Virus record (IMG/VR): IMGVR_UViG_3300000285_000003 | Length of the DNA: 64,000 nt | Source: a virus | Direction: 5' to 3' (one strand) | Part shown: positions 26,588-41,138 of the stretch, piece by piece | Layout of the letters: every line of letters begins with the position of its first letter | Numbering within the stretch: the stretch's first letter is position 1 | Translations under genes and position numbers: made by a program | The notes under the pieces: model-generated | Told to the model about the DNA's origin: nothing | Databases searched by the model: none | Seen by the model: only the letters and a program-made list of their open reading frames with translations

Positions 26588-29500
26588 ATTATACTTACTC
26601 CAGTTTCTTTATAGTACTTTAAACTTTCTCCAGAATTCTAAATATTAGCAGTAGTTATAGTTATACCCTAATTTATATCTGCAAACATCTTATTAACAAT
26701 ACTACTATTTGCTGCAGGCCATTTTATAAAGCTAGATGTATGGTTACCAACATTTTCTCCCCACGTTGATACAATTTTAGCATTATTAGAAGCCATTTTA
26801 CAATTAGATATATAATATGTACCAGCAAATATTGGGCCGTTTAATACACATAATAAGTTTGTATACAACATCTGGTCTAGCGTAATTGATGAGAATCTAG
26901 TCATATCAAATCCTTCAACAAGGTTTCCGTTATTATAGGAACAAGCCAAATTTAATCTAGCTTCTCCAGAATAACTTCCATAATCTATACCATAAATTAT
27001 ACAACTATTCTTAAACGCATTGCTCAATGTGGATGTTGTAGAAGGTATTGACTCATTTAATATTACAAACGAATAATTGTGTATTGTATGTGTGCCAGAT
27101 ATGCTATCCTATAATATAACTGGCTGCGCTCCAAACGCATCATTCAAAACAGAATATGTAGTATAGTTTTTAGGATACTAAACATATACATTTGTTGTTT
27201 CGTTTCCAGATGTTGTAGAACCTACTAGACGAGGTATAATTACCTGGTTGTTAAATACGCCGGTTACAATACCTGACCTATTTGCTTTAAAAATATTTTC
27301 AGGTATAATTCCAGCCATTGCATTAGACGTATTATCTTTAGCAAATGCATAACTATAGTTTGTTATACCATTATCTCCACTATCTGAAGTATGAGAAGTT
27401 GCTGCACAATAAAAGAAATCTGGTGGAATAATCAAGTTGTTTACGCCTCCATCAGGAACCTATCCATTATTAAACGTTGTGCCATTTCCAAGATTATATG
27501 AAGCCTAATATCCACCTGTCAAATGCTATGTATCAGTAAGCTCTGTGCAGTGATTAATGGTATGTTTTGTATATGTATATTCTTCAGTTTCCGGATCCTA
27601 TGTGCGAGTATAATATTCCATATACGCAGTCTGATCGCTTGTGTCATTATTCTTTGCACAGTTGTCTGGAATTTCTGTAGTCATATCAAACTACTATGCA
27701 CCACTCTATGGACTAACATTGTAAAATACATGAGAGAAGCTCCAGATTTTATAAGTGTTATCTCTTCCGTATCTATAATTATGCAGAGTTGCAGGCTTAT
27801 ACTCATTGCCAATCTTTATGAATACCTAAGTATTAATATTGTCATATCTCTTTCTAAAGAAATCAAATGGTATAGGTTTTGCTAAAGATATATTTGCAAA
27901 GCAATATCTAACATCTTGTATTTTAGGTAATTTAGAGAAGAAGTTGTCATCCAATCTTAATGCTCCATTATCACACTTAGCACCATCGAACGTATGTCGC
28001 ATATATTTTGCGTTTGAATTTATTGTAGGTAAACTTCCAAACGTTAAATCTCCATCAGTTTCGGTTATATTTGTATTATAGAATAAGTTACTAAGATTCT
28101 CTTTGTTATGCTTAATGTACAGATTACATATATCTCTATAGTGTGCCAATGAAACATGGGCTTTAAAGTTATAGCATCCGTAATCATGTCTATATTGACT
28201 TGTTAAGAATCCACCGTAACTTCTTGGAACAAACTTCTCCCAATTAATAAACTCCCATAAATCAATATCATCGGTACTTCTTCTATCTTGCGATAAACAT
28301 GTTTCAATGTTGTCTATATTTGGTAGGTCATAAAGTAAGCCATCAAGGTTTACACTATAACAACTAAGGAAGCTTGCGCGCAAAGTTGTTAATGATTTCC
28401 AATTAGAGTTGAATAATTCATTCAAATCAACCTTGTATGAGTTAGATATATTAAAGTCCTATATTCTCCAAAGTTTCTTAGGAGATACACCGTTAGGATT
28501 CCATATATCTTTAGCAGATATAATTTCTGATGTTGATATATCGTTACCGGTAGTTGGATCCATTGGTATCTAAAATTCATGACCTCCATTACCGTCATCA
28601 CCACCCCAATCTGTCATCTTTGATACACAGTGTTCAAAACAGTCTATAGCCATTCTTGAAGTATGTGTACAAAATAACTAACTATACGAACATCCTGATG
28701 GACTACCGAAATTATACAACTCTTTAAAGTGTACATTTATACCTGTAAAAAGATACATCTAACTAGCATTAGTAACCTTGTTTAAAACTGATGGATCTAT
28801 AGGGCTTTTAAATACACCTTCTATTATGCACTTCTTATAATCATCTTGTGTAAACCTAACACTAGAATAAGCAAACATTAAACTAGTGTTAGTAATGTTG
28901 TTATCTTTTGGAATAGCATGTGCAAAAAAGTTTGCTACAAATTCAAGATCAACACCACTTCTTTCAAATGCACTATTTAAAGACGTTGTATCAGGTTTTA
29001 CTGATAACTCTGTATAATCTCCACTCTAATCTAAACCATGATAATTAAAACAGTTATAGAACGTATATGGCCCAATATATAGATGTGTAGCATCAACGGT
29101 CTAAAGACCTGTAACATTCTAGAAGCAGTGATTTATAGCTGAAATATTTGGAGGAAGGATAACATGCTTTATATTTGTGCTATTCTAGAAACATACATTC
29201 TAAAGATGTGTTGAGTTATGCAAGTCTACAGTATTATTAACGGTTGCACCAGTATTATCTTTGATACAAAGCTAACCATGTATGCAATTTGTTACAGATA
29301 TACTCTTAGGGTAAATCTATACATTAGAATGGTTGTCATACTCTGTAATTGTAACGGTTCTAAGCTTAGGACAATTGTTTATATTTATTGTTTCAAAACC
29401 TTGTAGTGTTATAGTCTCAACAGAATTGTCACCAGAAAGAGTAAAACTACTGCCACTCTCAATGCAGCTTAAATTAAAGTTTGTGATATTCGTTTTATTA

Positions 29501-32500
29501 TTGAACGACAAGTTCTTGTATTGCCCCTATATCTATGACCACTGAAGCGTCTAAATCTAACTATTGTCTACAGAGAAACTGGTGATATTAGTACAGTTTG
29601 TTATAACAATACTTGCTCCTGGGTTTTTAATATTACTAACATTAACAGTTGCTATATTTAAACCATTCGCAGTTAAACCCATTTTTGATCCGCTAAGATT
29701 AATAGAGCTTAGGTTCGGATAATTGTCAGCTCCATTAAGTGTTAATGTTGCAGTATAACCAGGTGATGTTAAATTGATCTCCTTAACGCTAGGTGTATCA
29801 AAAGAGAAACTTCCAAATGTATTCGAAGAACCGTTTATTGATTCAAGTTTATCAGACCCAATGTACAAACCAGTCTAAGCATTTCCTTCTATCCAGTTTA
29901 TATTTTCAAGATAAGACCATAGCTAAGAACCTCCAACCTTAACACCTTGCACACCGGTTGTTTTAATGTCGACCTATTGATAATTATCTCCACCAATTAT
30001 GTAGTTTGCAATAACCGAGTTAGCCTTAGTAATCTGTAAAGGAGAAAATTTAGGACATTTAATCTTAAAGCTAGCATTTGAACCAAGCTGAATACCGGCA
30101 GAAGAACTTCCAGAAGAGAATATGTCTCTAAGGATAATTACATCTTGATTCATAGGTACAGAATAGTTTGCGGCGTTATAAGTAAGATCGTATACGATGT
30201 TTTCAACATTTGGATCGCTACTTAGATTTATGTCCTTCCACTATCCGTCATCATCTCTATATTGTATAGGAACACCTATTCTTGAGTTAATATTAAAGTA
30301 TGCATCAAGGATGTGCAATCTACCATTAAACCAATCTCTTACATAGTTGATTCTGGTTCCGTTAAACTTCTGGTAATCAATAGGATTCCATTGTGTACCC
30401 TAACCATCGAGTGCAAGATATTTAGATCTATAGTTATATGTTACAAGTAGGCTGTTTATAGAACCGAGATTATTAGCGTAGAAATTATCTACAAAATAAT
30501 CAGCATTTTTTAGAATGCCTTCGTGAGTCTTGTTGTTTATAACATTACTTCTCCATTTTGCATACAATTCTTGCGGATAGTTAACCGTATACTATTCGTC
30601 GTCCTTAAATATTAATCTGGCATATTTAGCGACTGCAAATAAATATGATGAAGGAACATCGAATCCGTTTGACCCAAGTGTAGATGGTGAAAAGTCTCTG
30701 TATATATTTACATTATCTGGATAATCAACACCGTCTTGAGTTTTCTTTAATTGTCCATCCCAATAGTCTGAGAAAGCAAAATAAGAAATTTTACCACCGC
30801 TATTGTTAATACCTAAACATGTATCCATATCATAGAACGCTGTTACCCAAGTTGTACCAGCAGAATTCTTGCCAGACCACGTCTTAATATTAAGATTCTT
30901 CATTACACTATCAACAAGACCAAGAACCATACATATTGTATAATACTCTGATATTGACTAGAAGTTTAACTCTGATGGTCTATTGTTGTCCATATCTGGT
31001 ATACAAAGATCTCTTAAATTATTCTATGTTCCAGGACTAATAGTGCTCTTCAACACGTATTTCCAACTTGAACCATCAGATCTTCTTTGATACTATTTAG
31101 TATAATCTGGAACCATATTTAATGATTTTCCAGTTTTGTTTCCAGATTTATCAATCTCTTCTGCAGAATATCCATCTTCATAAGAACCTCTTCCTTTTTT
31201 TAGATAGTCAAATAAATAACCACCTCCAAGCGTTACTGATTTTACGAGCTTTTGTATAGATTCCTACAGTTCTGCTTCAGAAAAGTTTGAGCCATGAACA
31301 AGGTCTCCAAACATGTATGTGTTATCGTTCTCTTTGTTCTGCTAAAATAATATAGTAGAATCATACTGTGAGAAGTCAAAGTAGTTAGAACCGCCCTAAA
31401 TTTCAGCAACACCAAGACCTTCTCTCAACGTATTATCATCGTTATTTATTTTATAAAACACAAAGTCTTTTCCGCTACCAGTTAATGTAGTCTTGTCACC
31501 AAATACTCTAAGATCTTTATAGCCGAGATTAAAATACGACTCACGACCAAGGTTAAAGTTATATACTCCGAAGTAATAATAAACGTCATCTTTGAGCCCT
31601 GTATCAGGATCTTCTGTAACAATATGCATAAACAAAAGTATAGGAAATCCCTCAAGGCAGTTCTTTATGTACGGCTTAAATACGCTATCTTCACTAATAC
31701 TGTCGCTAAATTTTTCACAAACTGTATTTACAAACTTTCCGCAAGTTGTATTATTTGAGTGAGAGCTATCAACGACATCAGCTTTTAATGTAAACTACGT
31801 TTCTGGTAAAAATGTCTCAAGGTTATTTTGATTGAAATTAGGAGAATACAAGTAAACGTCAGCAGTTTCAGATTGGTCTGTATTTTCTATTTCCAATGTA
31901 AAGTTTTTTACTCTATACAATTTTGTAGAAGAACCTTGTAACGATGCCCTAAACTGTGCATTAGTAAACGAATCTGGTACCTTAACTTCTGTTAACGCAG
32001 ATCTTCCAGGACTCCATTCAATTGATACAGGGAAATTAAGATCGGATCCTTCACCGGTTCCATCCTCACCATAATTTTTCTCGAGCCTCTATATCATTGG
32101 AGTTCCGGTACCATTGTCTTGGCACGTCATAACAAGAACAGGAGTTGACGTATTTGCAGCAATATCGCTAATTGTTGCACCGTCTATAATAATTCTACCA
32201 TTTGTTCCAACATTAAACTTTTTTAAATATTGCTTTAAAATAAGTTCTTGCTAAAACTATTCGCTTTGTTCGCGAATTATCTCATATCTATATTTAAGAT
32301 AATATTGATATACGTCGTAATCTCCATTTTCTCCAATATCAGACACAGGAAGATAATCAACATCTATTGTGTTAATGTAAACGTTAACTGGATTTATCTG
32401 CAATTGTTTTACAATCAATGGCGCGTTGAACAAACTAGAGAATGACGCCTCCATTCTTCCATCAATATATATAGAAGTGTCATAGTATGAGTCATTGCCA

Positions 32501-34077
32501 TCCTTTTTTACAAAATTTGAAAAAACCTACAATAGGTGATATTTTGTAAGATCATCTTTATTCGCATCATTTTGCTTTTGCACATAGCAATCTACGAACG
32601 AACTACCTCTAGTTGTTAACTGCTACCCTATTGTCATAATTGGAGAATCTCCCTCGTTGTACAAACTTATAATAGTAGCGTTATCAGAGTTTATATGATT
32701 AAACTGTAAACCGATAGCTATATGTGTACAAATATTTCCTGTACCACTAACCTATGGAGGTTCAATACCTGTTATTCTAATAGCATTAGAGTTAACAGTC
32801 TAAGATATACTTGTATTAGCTAAATACTAATTAAAATTATCAGTACAAGTATTTATTCTGTAATAGTACTATGTCCACTGCTACGGATTTTCAAACCAAT
32901 CAAGCTAATCCTCGGATTCTTTTACATAAAAATAATATTTGGCGCTGTACCCAGAAACGTTTATTTCAATTGTGTTTTCCCCAGATTTTGTAGCAAGAAT
33001 CTTAAATGAATTCTATTGACGCTCTGTTACGGTAAGACCGTTTTCAAACATTTGTACACCGTTAACCTTTACGAAAACATTGTAACTTCTGTTATTATTT
33101 ATGCCTTCATAGATTCTGAAGTTAAACTAAATATACCCAGGATTGTAAATATACTACCCCTCAGTCTATTGTGTATTATATATAACACCGACATCTGGAG
33201 ATATTAAACAGTATAATTCGTTAGGTATAAGAGATATATTTATAGTTTGATCATTGGATATCATTTCCTAGCCATCTGGTATAACCTATGTACTAAATAC
33301 GGCAGAGTAAAGTCCAGATTTATCGTTTGTAAAATTACTCTTATCTATAGGAAATGTAAGAGATCCACTTTGATTTTCAATATTTCCAGAGCCTAAATCC
33401 TATCCATTAAATCTAGCCGAGTAGTTTATTGATGCTGAAACGGAAACTACGTAGTCAACTTTTATATTAAGACCAGTATCTCTTGCTGTTTCTATAAAGA
33501 TCTCATACGTATTGCTATCTGTTAAATATTTCTTTCCATTATCATCAACAAGTGATACATCGAACGAATATGGTGTAACAATGTACTAGCATGATACCTG
33601 CTATGTGTCATTACCATCTGTTACAGTAATAGTAAGCGTGGAGTTTGTATTAAGATTAATATTTGTCTAAAATCTAAACGCATTTTCGATAGATAAAATC
33701 TAAGTTCTTGTCTGAGTAGTTTCTCCACCATTAGCAGTTTTGGTTGTATACGAGTATGTTACATTAAACTTGCCACCATTTGGGTTGTTTATTATAATAA
33801 GAAGCGGATATGTATCTATTCTGTTAAGGACAATATTTTCGCCCTTAAGCTGGATACCATTAAGCGAAGCAAATACACTAAATGATTTATCGTTGCCTCC
33901 ATCTCCATTACCAGAGCCAGAACCGACTCCGCCATATTTATAAATCCACTTAACATTTGTTTTAAGCGAATTTACATCATTAGTTATAGACGATAATTTG
34001 TCGGACAGCGTTGAAGAGCCATCCGACATTATTATATCGTCATCACTAACAATCTTAGAATTGTTATTTAATCTCAT
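26584..34077 (-). CDS. Very large tail-fibre/adhesin-type protein, 2,497 aa, with a leucine-rich-repeat-like region
   Basis: The ATG at 34075-34077 overlaps the upstream TGA (ATGA), and the TGA at 26584-26586 overlaps the next ATG. A hand scan of the frame found no TAA or TGA. Ten track fragments (26668.. to 33700..) share the frame and end in TAG. The N-terminus has a coiled-coil segment and a Gly-rich segment. LRR-like repeats lie in 29317-29868 (for example NLTSPGYTATLTLNGADNYPNLSSINLSGSKM). Confidence 0.8.
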
Positions 34078-37000
34078 ACTGTAAGCATTATTGTTTCTGT
34101 ATCAACCCACTCTCCGTAGTTGTTATCAGAAACCTGCTTAAAGTACTGTAACTTCATAGGAGATGTAGAGTAATCGTACTGTGTAAATTTAGCTGTAGAT
34201 GTAAGAATGTTAGCTATTCTAACAAGCTCAACATTGTAATCAGAATCCGAGAGTCTTATTATACCAAACATTGGGTATTTCTAGTTAGCGTTTGCTACGT
34301 CTTTTCCGTTTTTAACTGTTGTTTCTGGTATAGCTATAGAGAACTTCTAGTTTGCAGAAGGAAGCTCTTTATTTGATGTAAGTTTAAATCCTGTAGCCTA
34401 ACACATAAAATAAGTAACACCGCCTCCAAGGTTAGGCACGCTTGTATATGGGAAGAAGCCAGTAGGAGCCTGTCCTACATCCTCTCGTTTTGTTAAAGGG
34501 AACTTTGTATAATCTTTACCATCTACAACAAATCTAACATTATCGTTCTATAATGTATTATTCATCGAATACTCTGAAAAATTATCTTTGCTGTTTTTAT
34601 CCTACCCAAAGAAGAAATACTCTCTAACAGGATATGTACAAGCATATGTGTGTTTATGACCACCGATCATAAGCTTTACACCTTTGTACTCAAGGAGTCT
34701 GCTAAGCCAATATGTACCAGCACCAGTTTCGGTTTGATCGATCTAATTGCAATGGCTTCCGATTAATTTGTCTCCATTAGGTCCAAGTGATCTAGAATAC
34801 CGTTCCTGTCCATTTGCGATATTGCTATTTGTAATAACAGTGAACGGCATTTCATGACAAGCAGCTATACACTTTTTACTAGTGTTAAGCATGTTATAAA
34901 CCATTGTATATATAGATGTAAAACTGCTAATATATTTCTTATTTGTACCAATAGTGTAGCCGGTATAAATGTTAACAGTGTCTTCTCCGTCTTTAAGATT
35001 AAACCACTGGTTACAATTAATCGTTGTGATTTCACTATTAATCATAACGAATCTGTAGTTCTTTGATTCGAAATAATACAGAGATGGTATATATTTGCTA
35101 TTAACAATTGGCACGAATACAGATTCATTTATATCGTAACAAAAGAATACATGAAAGTAGAAAGAGTTTGATTTACCAAGGTCGTCACCAGTTCCAAGAT
35201 CTGTCACATTTGTACCACAGAGGTCGTTGTTACCAACAACATTCATCTACTCAAACTTGTTAAACAAAACATGACCAGCGTTGTAGTAATCAAACCACTC
35301 ATTAATTCTTGTTCCGTTCTGTGTCATGTCTCCAGTATTAATGAGAATAGGAATAATATTGCTACTCTTTTGGTCTTCTGTAATCTTTTCATTCAGCTTG
35401 TTTGCTGCTGCAGCCCAAACCTGGTACTGTAACCAATCAAATCCTTGCTAGTCTGTTATTTGATAAATAACTGGCTTATAAGTTTCTGGGTATAACGTAA
35501 ATGACTGTACGTCTGATACATATGAACCAGGATTACCATTAGCATTAGGTCTACCAACAACATACTCCCAAACCTAAGGACCTCCTGTAACAGCAGAACC
35601 AACAACATTAATTACACATTTATGAGATGTATACTGTGTATCATCTGCTGGAAATCTACTTACGATTCTACTATAGATAACATTATTAACATCTTTAGAA
35701 TATTCTTTTCTTCTAGGATAAGATGCATCCTATTCAGTAGCGTTTTCTACCTCTTTATAAGATTCGAATCTATATGTCCAATCTGTCTATCCTTTCTGTC
35801 TAATCCAGATATACTCATCATGGTATCCTACAGAGATCCAGTTAAATGCTCTATCCTTATGCATGTCTATACCAAACGAACATGTAACTATATTTGGTTT
35901 AGTTACATCAAGCTTAGACTTATCTGTGCATACATTCTTATTTAAATAAGACGCCTTTGGAGCAAAGTTAGATACACTATACTATTCTTTAGAATGTGGA
36001 AAACTAATCGTTGGCGAACTAAGATCTACAATCCAAACATCTGCTGTACTAGCCCATCTTGCTCTAGAACTATCTTTAATGTTTGCTGACTAATAAGCCT
36101 ACTGTGCAGGGTCAAGCTCAAATGTGTTTTTATACATTGTATTCGATTCAATACTAAGAACAAGCTTTGCCCAATATCCAGTCTTAGAAGAATCTATAAC
36201 ACCTGTAAAGAAATAGATTGAATCAATGAATGATGGATCGTATAGGTTAGGGTAAGTCTTAGTATCATTAAATATAGTTACAGAGCTATCGTTTGTTTTC
36301 CATAAATATGTTGTAGGAGTAAGTGTTGGATTACCATATGTCAAAGCGAAACCGTTTCCAAGGTTAGAACTTGTATCGATTGTAAAATCAATCAACTTAC
36401 CGTTTTCGTACCACTCTTGATCGTACGAATCTACCTTAATATAAGCGTTTTCATCTTTCTTATTACCATAATAAGCTCCTGCAATAACATATGTACCACC
36501 TGCTTTTATCGTGCCAGTAAGTGGTAAATGATATACAGCCTACTTCTCGTCTGTTGGTCTAGTGTAATGCAAATAGCACCCCTGTAAGCAAAAGTCGCTA
36601 TCAGATGTATTCTCAAGTTCAACGAACGCTCTTGTACAACCGTGTACGATATCTGTATCCAACGGTGCGTAGAATGCACCAATTTTTATTCTGTCAGAAT
36701 ATAATCCAATATTTTGTGTTTCAGATAATCTGTTAGATGGATTTGCTTTATTATATTCTGCTAATCTAAGTCTACCGATAAATCCTCTAGCACTCCAGCT
36801 ATCCAAGTCAACACCACTAGCGATTACTCTATTAGAAAGAAGATCTTCGTCATTAGGAATTTCTTGATTAATAAGATCTCCAGACTCATTGATAAAGAAC
36901 TTGTACTTCTTGCCAGTGTCTTGGTGAATAAATGTAATATCTGAAAGGTCTGTTATTCGTAGGTTTTCATCATCCTCGCGAATAATACCTTGCCTCTTAA

Positions 37001-38243
37001 GCAAATCTAATACTTCACTTTCTGTCATACCGTCATCTGGTGTTGTACCGCCACCAGCAGCAATTTTAACTAGTTTATTATTATTTTTAATCCATAAATT
37101 CTTTGTACTTTCAACAAAGGTTAATTCGTTATTCTGAATTTGGTCCTTTATCTTCTAAAGTACATCTTCTGATTTTACAGAACGAATTGTTATATGTGAT
37201 ACTTTATATTTGTAATCCTACTCAGATGGTGCGCTAGGAATAACCTGGTTAGAAAAATCCTGGAATTTAGAGCATATATCAAACATAGAAACGTTTGTAT
37301 CTCTAAACGTAACCCAATCTGGATAATATGAATACCCGATATCGTTTCGTATATTGTTTAGCCTATCATCATAATAATAACCCTCTTTGTATACCTTGTC
37401 ATGGATAGCATCGCCGATACTAATGTATATATATCTACTACCAGCATCTCCTGCCATTCTGCTAATACAAACCATTATATTGTATGCGTCAGCTTTTGGT
37501 AACTCTATTGAATTTATATTAAAACGAGTCTAGTTTTCTCCGTTTGTTAAATGTATAGTTATATCTGGATTAGTTACAGTAAAATACATAAAAATCTTAG
37601 GATCTGTAATCTATTTTACAGTCTAATCGTCATTCCATGTAGCTTCTCCAGTAACCTTTACTACACCTTCTTCATCATATCCTAAGTTTGATTCTGGTGT
37701 AAGTTCACAACCATGACCTATTGTAAGACTTGTGACAGATGACAAATCTTCTTTATCAACCGCCCACAATGGTTCGTCGTCTGGATCAGAAATACCGTCT
37801 AGAACAGATGACATTAACGTATTTTCATCCGTATATGAATTGAGTCCATATCTAAACGTATTCCTTATTTTTGCCACTTCGCTCTATAATGCTCTTATGG
37901 CAGAAAACAAAATGTCGACATACGTACCATTTACCTAAACTTCTCTAGAAGGTTTTGTGTTTAGGTCACTTTCCTTATCAGCTATAAGTATATATTTATC
38001 AGGGATGTCACTAGGGTCTACATTATCTATGATATCTTGTGTATATGTAGGTATTCCGGCAAATGATCCAATGCCGCTCTTTATAATTCGCTTATTTAAT
38101 TCGTGCTGACCAATTTTGAGCTGTTCATCGTATATTTGTCCAGCATCTGCCACAACGCCTTCTGTAGACGCACTAACGATCCTTCCGTATACGATAGTAT
38201 CCTCTTTCTTTGGTCTTATATACGAGTTTTTAATATCTGCCAT
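34074..38243 (-). CDS. Large structural protein, 1,389 aa, with a calcineurin-like metallophosphoesterase-type motif set
   Basis: ATG at 38241-38243 (upstream TGA at 38250-38252) and TGA at 34074-34076. A hand scan found no TAA or TGA. Seven track fragments share the frame. Between about 34620 and 35460 the motifs are ILINTGDMTQNG, VVGNND, ACHEMPF and IGGHKHTY. Their order matches GDxxD/GNH(D/E)/H/GHxH, but several positions are non-canonical. Confidence 0.75.
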
Positions 38244-38254
38244 AATTAGTCATT

Positions 38255-39172
38255 TTAGAATATTGCCTTTACAGAAACTCCTCCAGACATAGTGTTTTTA
38301 AGTACTGGGTTAGAACCTGCATAATAATAATATCCTGTTTCAGCATTATACTAAACAGTAGTAAATGGTATATTATTCATACTTCCATCAATAAGGTTTT
38401 TAATAGGCTTTTTAGACATTACCCATAAATATTGACCATCTACATAATTTACTATAGTTGAGAATCTTGATAAATCATGAACTTCGAGAAGCAAATTAGG
38501 ATCTACATTCTGTATTCCTACATTATCATATGTTTCCTGTGATGGGTTTTCGTATCCATCGTCAGACCTGTCGAATCCTTTATCTTGATCACTTTCTTCG
38601 TCTTCGGCGAATGGTCTTACTGCTAAATATCCAATAAATCCAGAATTAATCAAAGGATCAACTCCAGTTGTTATTGTTATACCACCAGTCTGCTCTGTAC
38701 CTTTATCAACGATTTCAAATATCTCTCCATAGTCTATCGTATTAGTTTTAAGCTATCTTTTTCCCCAACCAGGAACAAATGTTTCTACGACAACAATTAA
38801 TTGATATACTCCACATATCTAATCTTTTGATGGAAAGTATGCGTTTATAACATTATTGTTTGCGTCTAATTCAGACTCCATGAGATATTTTGTTTTGTCC
38901 AAAGGTCTATATTTATCCATTTCACACTTGCAGTCAAAATCTCTTCCGTTATAGTAGAATTTATTTCTACAATGAGGCAATACGTGATACGTAGGACATC
39001 CACACCAATTTAGCAAATACTAACTATTGCAGCATTTTTTATTCATGCTCTCAGTTAATGTTTTATTAACCAAATAACATTTTATATTCTTGATATTAGA
39101 TGCGCTATATTCTGTTTTATCAACAAGTGATATATTTATTCTAATATCATTTCCGATTCTGATTTTTTGCAT
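38255..39172 (-). CDS. Hypothetical structural protein, 305 aa, with a Cys-rich N-terminal third
   Basis: ATG at 39170-39172 (upstream TAA at 39185-39187) and TAA at 38255-38257, with 4 in-frame TAG. It joins track ORFs 38819..39016 and 38351..38653. Confidence 0.75.
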
Positions 39173-39185
39173 ATTGATATGTATT

Positions 39186-39229
39186 TAAAAACAAAAAGCC
39201 GAGATAGGGCTTATTACCCCACCCCGGCT
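39186..39229 (-). terminator. Rho-independent-type terminator after gene 39235..40365
   Basis: On the minus strand, AGCCGGGGTGGGGTAATAAGCCCTATCTCGGCT (outer stem AGCCG/CGGCT) is followed by TTTTTGTTTTT. It starts 6 nt after the TAA at 39235-39237. Confidence 0.6.
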
Positions 39230-39234
39230 AAATA

Positions 39235-40365
39235 TTAAAATTTCTTTTCGTCGTATGCGTTTGCATTACTAATAGGATTTGCTATGTTCTGACGAGCCTA
39301 GATCATATTCTGAAGCTTCTCTACAAATCCACCAGCAATCTCTACAGCACCAGTTGTAAACTTTTCACCATTATTAGATGCGTAAATCTCAACTGTCTGC
39401 TTTGTTCTGCGCCACAAATCATCAGCTGTTCTATACTGGTTCTCGAACTCGATTGTGATACCATCGTATTTGTTATCGATATTTGTAACCATAGCTGGCT
39501 GAGGATCGTACCAGCAGCTACGATGCAAAACACCCTGGTAGTCAAATGATGCACGTTCGCGATCACGAACAAGCTTAGCTGAAGCAGGATATGTTGTACC
39601 TTCCTTCTTTGAGAAAGCTGCACCAAGATCATACTTGTTATTAGATGCCCAACCTGGAGCAGCTGGATTCATCCAATACATATTTGCATCAAAGCGACCC
39701 TTCATGTATACGTTTTCTGTTCTATTAGACTCATCGTCATCATACTTCATTGCTGTAAGAATGAGCTTCTTCTCAGCAGCTTTAGCGTATACTCTCTGAC
39801 GCTTTGGAGCACGAATAATATCCTTTACAAGACCAGCGATAATCTGCTCAACACCGTCACCAACTTCTGTAACGTAGCTATAAGACTCTGTCCACTTACG
39901 ATAGCGCATTGGCATATCTTTAAATGTAAGACGAAGTACCACAGGGCAACCACCCTGGGCAAGAACCTTAAGTGTTTCTGTCGGTACGTTTGTAAAGTCT
40001 ATTGTGATCTGATCTTCAGCATCGTCCTTATAGTCGAGCTTTGTTACAGACTTAATATCTGCAACATTGATGATATTTGACCACTTAATAACTGGGACAA
40101 ACTTAACGGTGCCGTCCTTACCAACCTTCTAAAAACTATCAGATGTAATAACGCCAATCTTGAAACGATCTGCGTTTTCATCATAAGAATAAACATCTGT
40201 GATAGCTGTACCATCCTGTGCAGATGGATCGCAGTTCATAAATACAAACTTACCAACCAATGGCTTAAGTTCTGCTTTTGTTTCCTTGCCAGCCAAATCT
40301 TCGGCTGTAGCAAGTGTCTCACCGTTCTTGTTAGAAACAAGGACTGTATTTACATATGTAATCAT
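39235..40365 (-). CDS. Probable abundant structural protein, 376 aa (function unassigned)
   Basis: ATG at 40363-40365 (upstream TGA at 40387-40389) and TAA at 39235-39237. There are only 2 in-frame TAG (40129 and 39298). It is followed by a strong terminator. It joins track ORFs 40129..40365 and 39298..39942. Confidence 0.8.
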
Positions 40366-40442
40366 ATTAAAATTAATTTTTTCTACTCACCCTATAATAT
40401 TAATGCTAGACCTAACTAGCTGGGCTTTCCACGTTAAAATTA

Positions 40443-41138
40443 TTATTCTTGTGTATTTACCTCTTGAGTTATAGTTCTATAGCGCTCGTCTTTCTTATTT
40501 TCTAAATACATTTGAGCAGCAATCTTTATAATCTCGGGCATAATAATATCCTCGAAATCCTCATATTCATCATAAGGATTATCGAGTGTTATTTCTGTAG
40601 GCTTTCTGAGATAACCTAAAGAATATTTACTAATCTTATATTGTTTATCTGTTAGCAACATACATCCATTAGAGTTTCTCACACGTAGAGGTCTAGCTCT
40701 ATGAAATCTGTAATGGAAGTCTGTAAGACTGTTGTTAACTCTGTACATAAAATTATCCTACGTGCACTCAAACATGCATGTATTGATTTTATTCTCTCCA
40801 TCAAGATCGCTTATTACTACGTCCTCATTGAGTGAGAACATGAAGTTTTCTGGATAGATTATAGTGTAAGATGTATATGACGGCTGACTTTCATCTACAG
40901 TCATATTTGTTGATGTGTAAGTCTTCTATTCGTATAGTTTAATAAGATCTTCTCTACGCTTTTCATTTTGTTCGTACGAAGTTCCGTGAACAAGATCGCT
41001 ATTAAATCTAAGCTTAATAAACTTACAAACAGCCTAATTGAGCCAGAATAAAGATTCGTCAGTAGATGGTTTGTCTAGCTGGCTATCAAATTTATTTATC
41101 TCTCTTTCTAGCCCTACTAAAATATCTATATTCCTCAT
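40443..41138 (-). CDS. Head/connector-module protein, 231 aa (function unassigned)
   Basis: The ATG at 41136-41138 overlaps the upstream TAA (TAATG). TAA at 40443-40445, with 3 in-frame TAG. It extends track ORF 40443..40748. Confidence 0.75.

Noticed and set aside
39342-39632. Same-strand alternative-frame ORFs nested in larger genes (39342..39632, 43546..43734, 42879..43067, 60779..60967, 61353..61550, 51569..51763, 51998..52183, 48999..49190, 49499..49747, 28422..28604, 14922..15149).
   Set aside because: Each overlaps a longer, better-supported frame with recognisable protein-like sequence. None has independent start/stop coupling signals.
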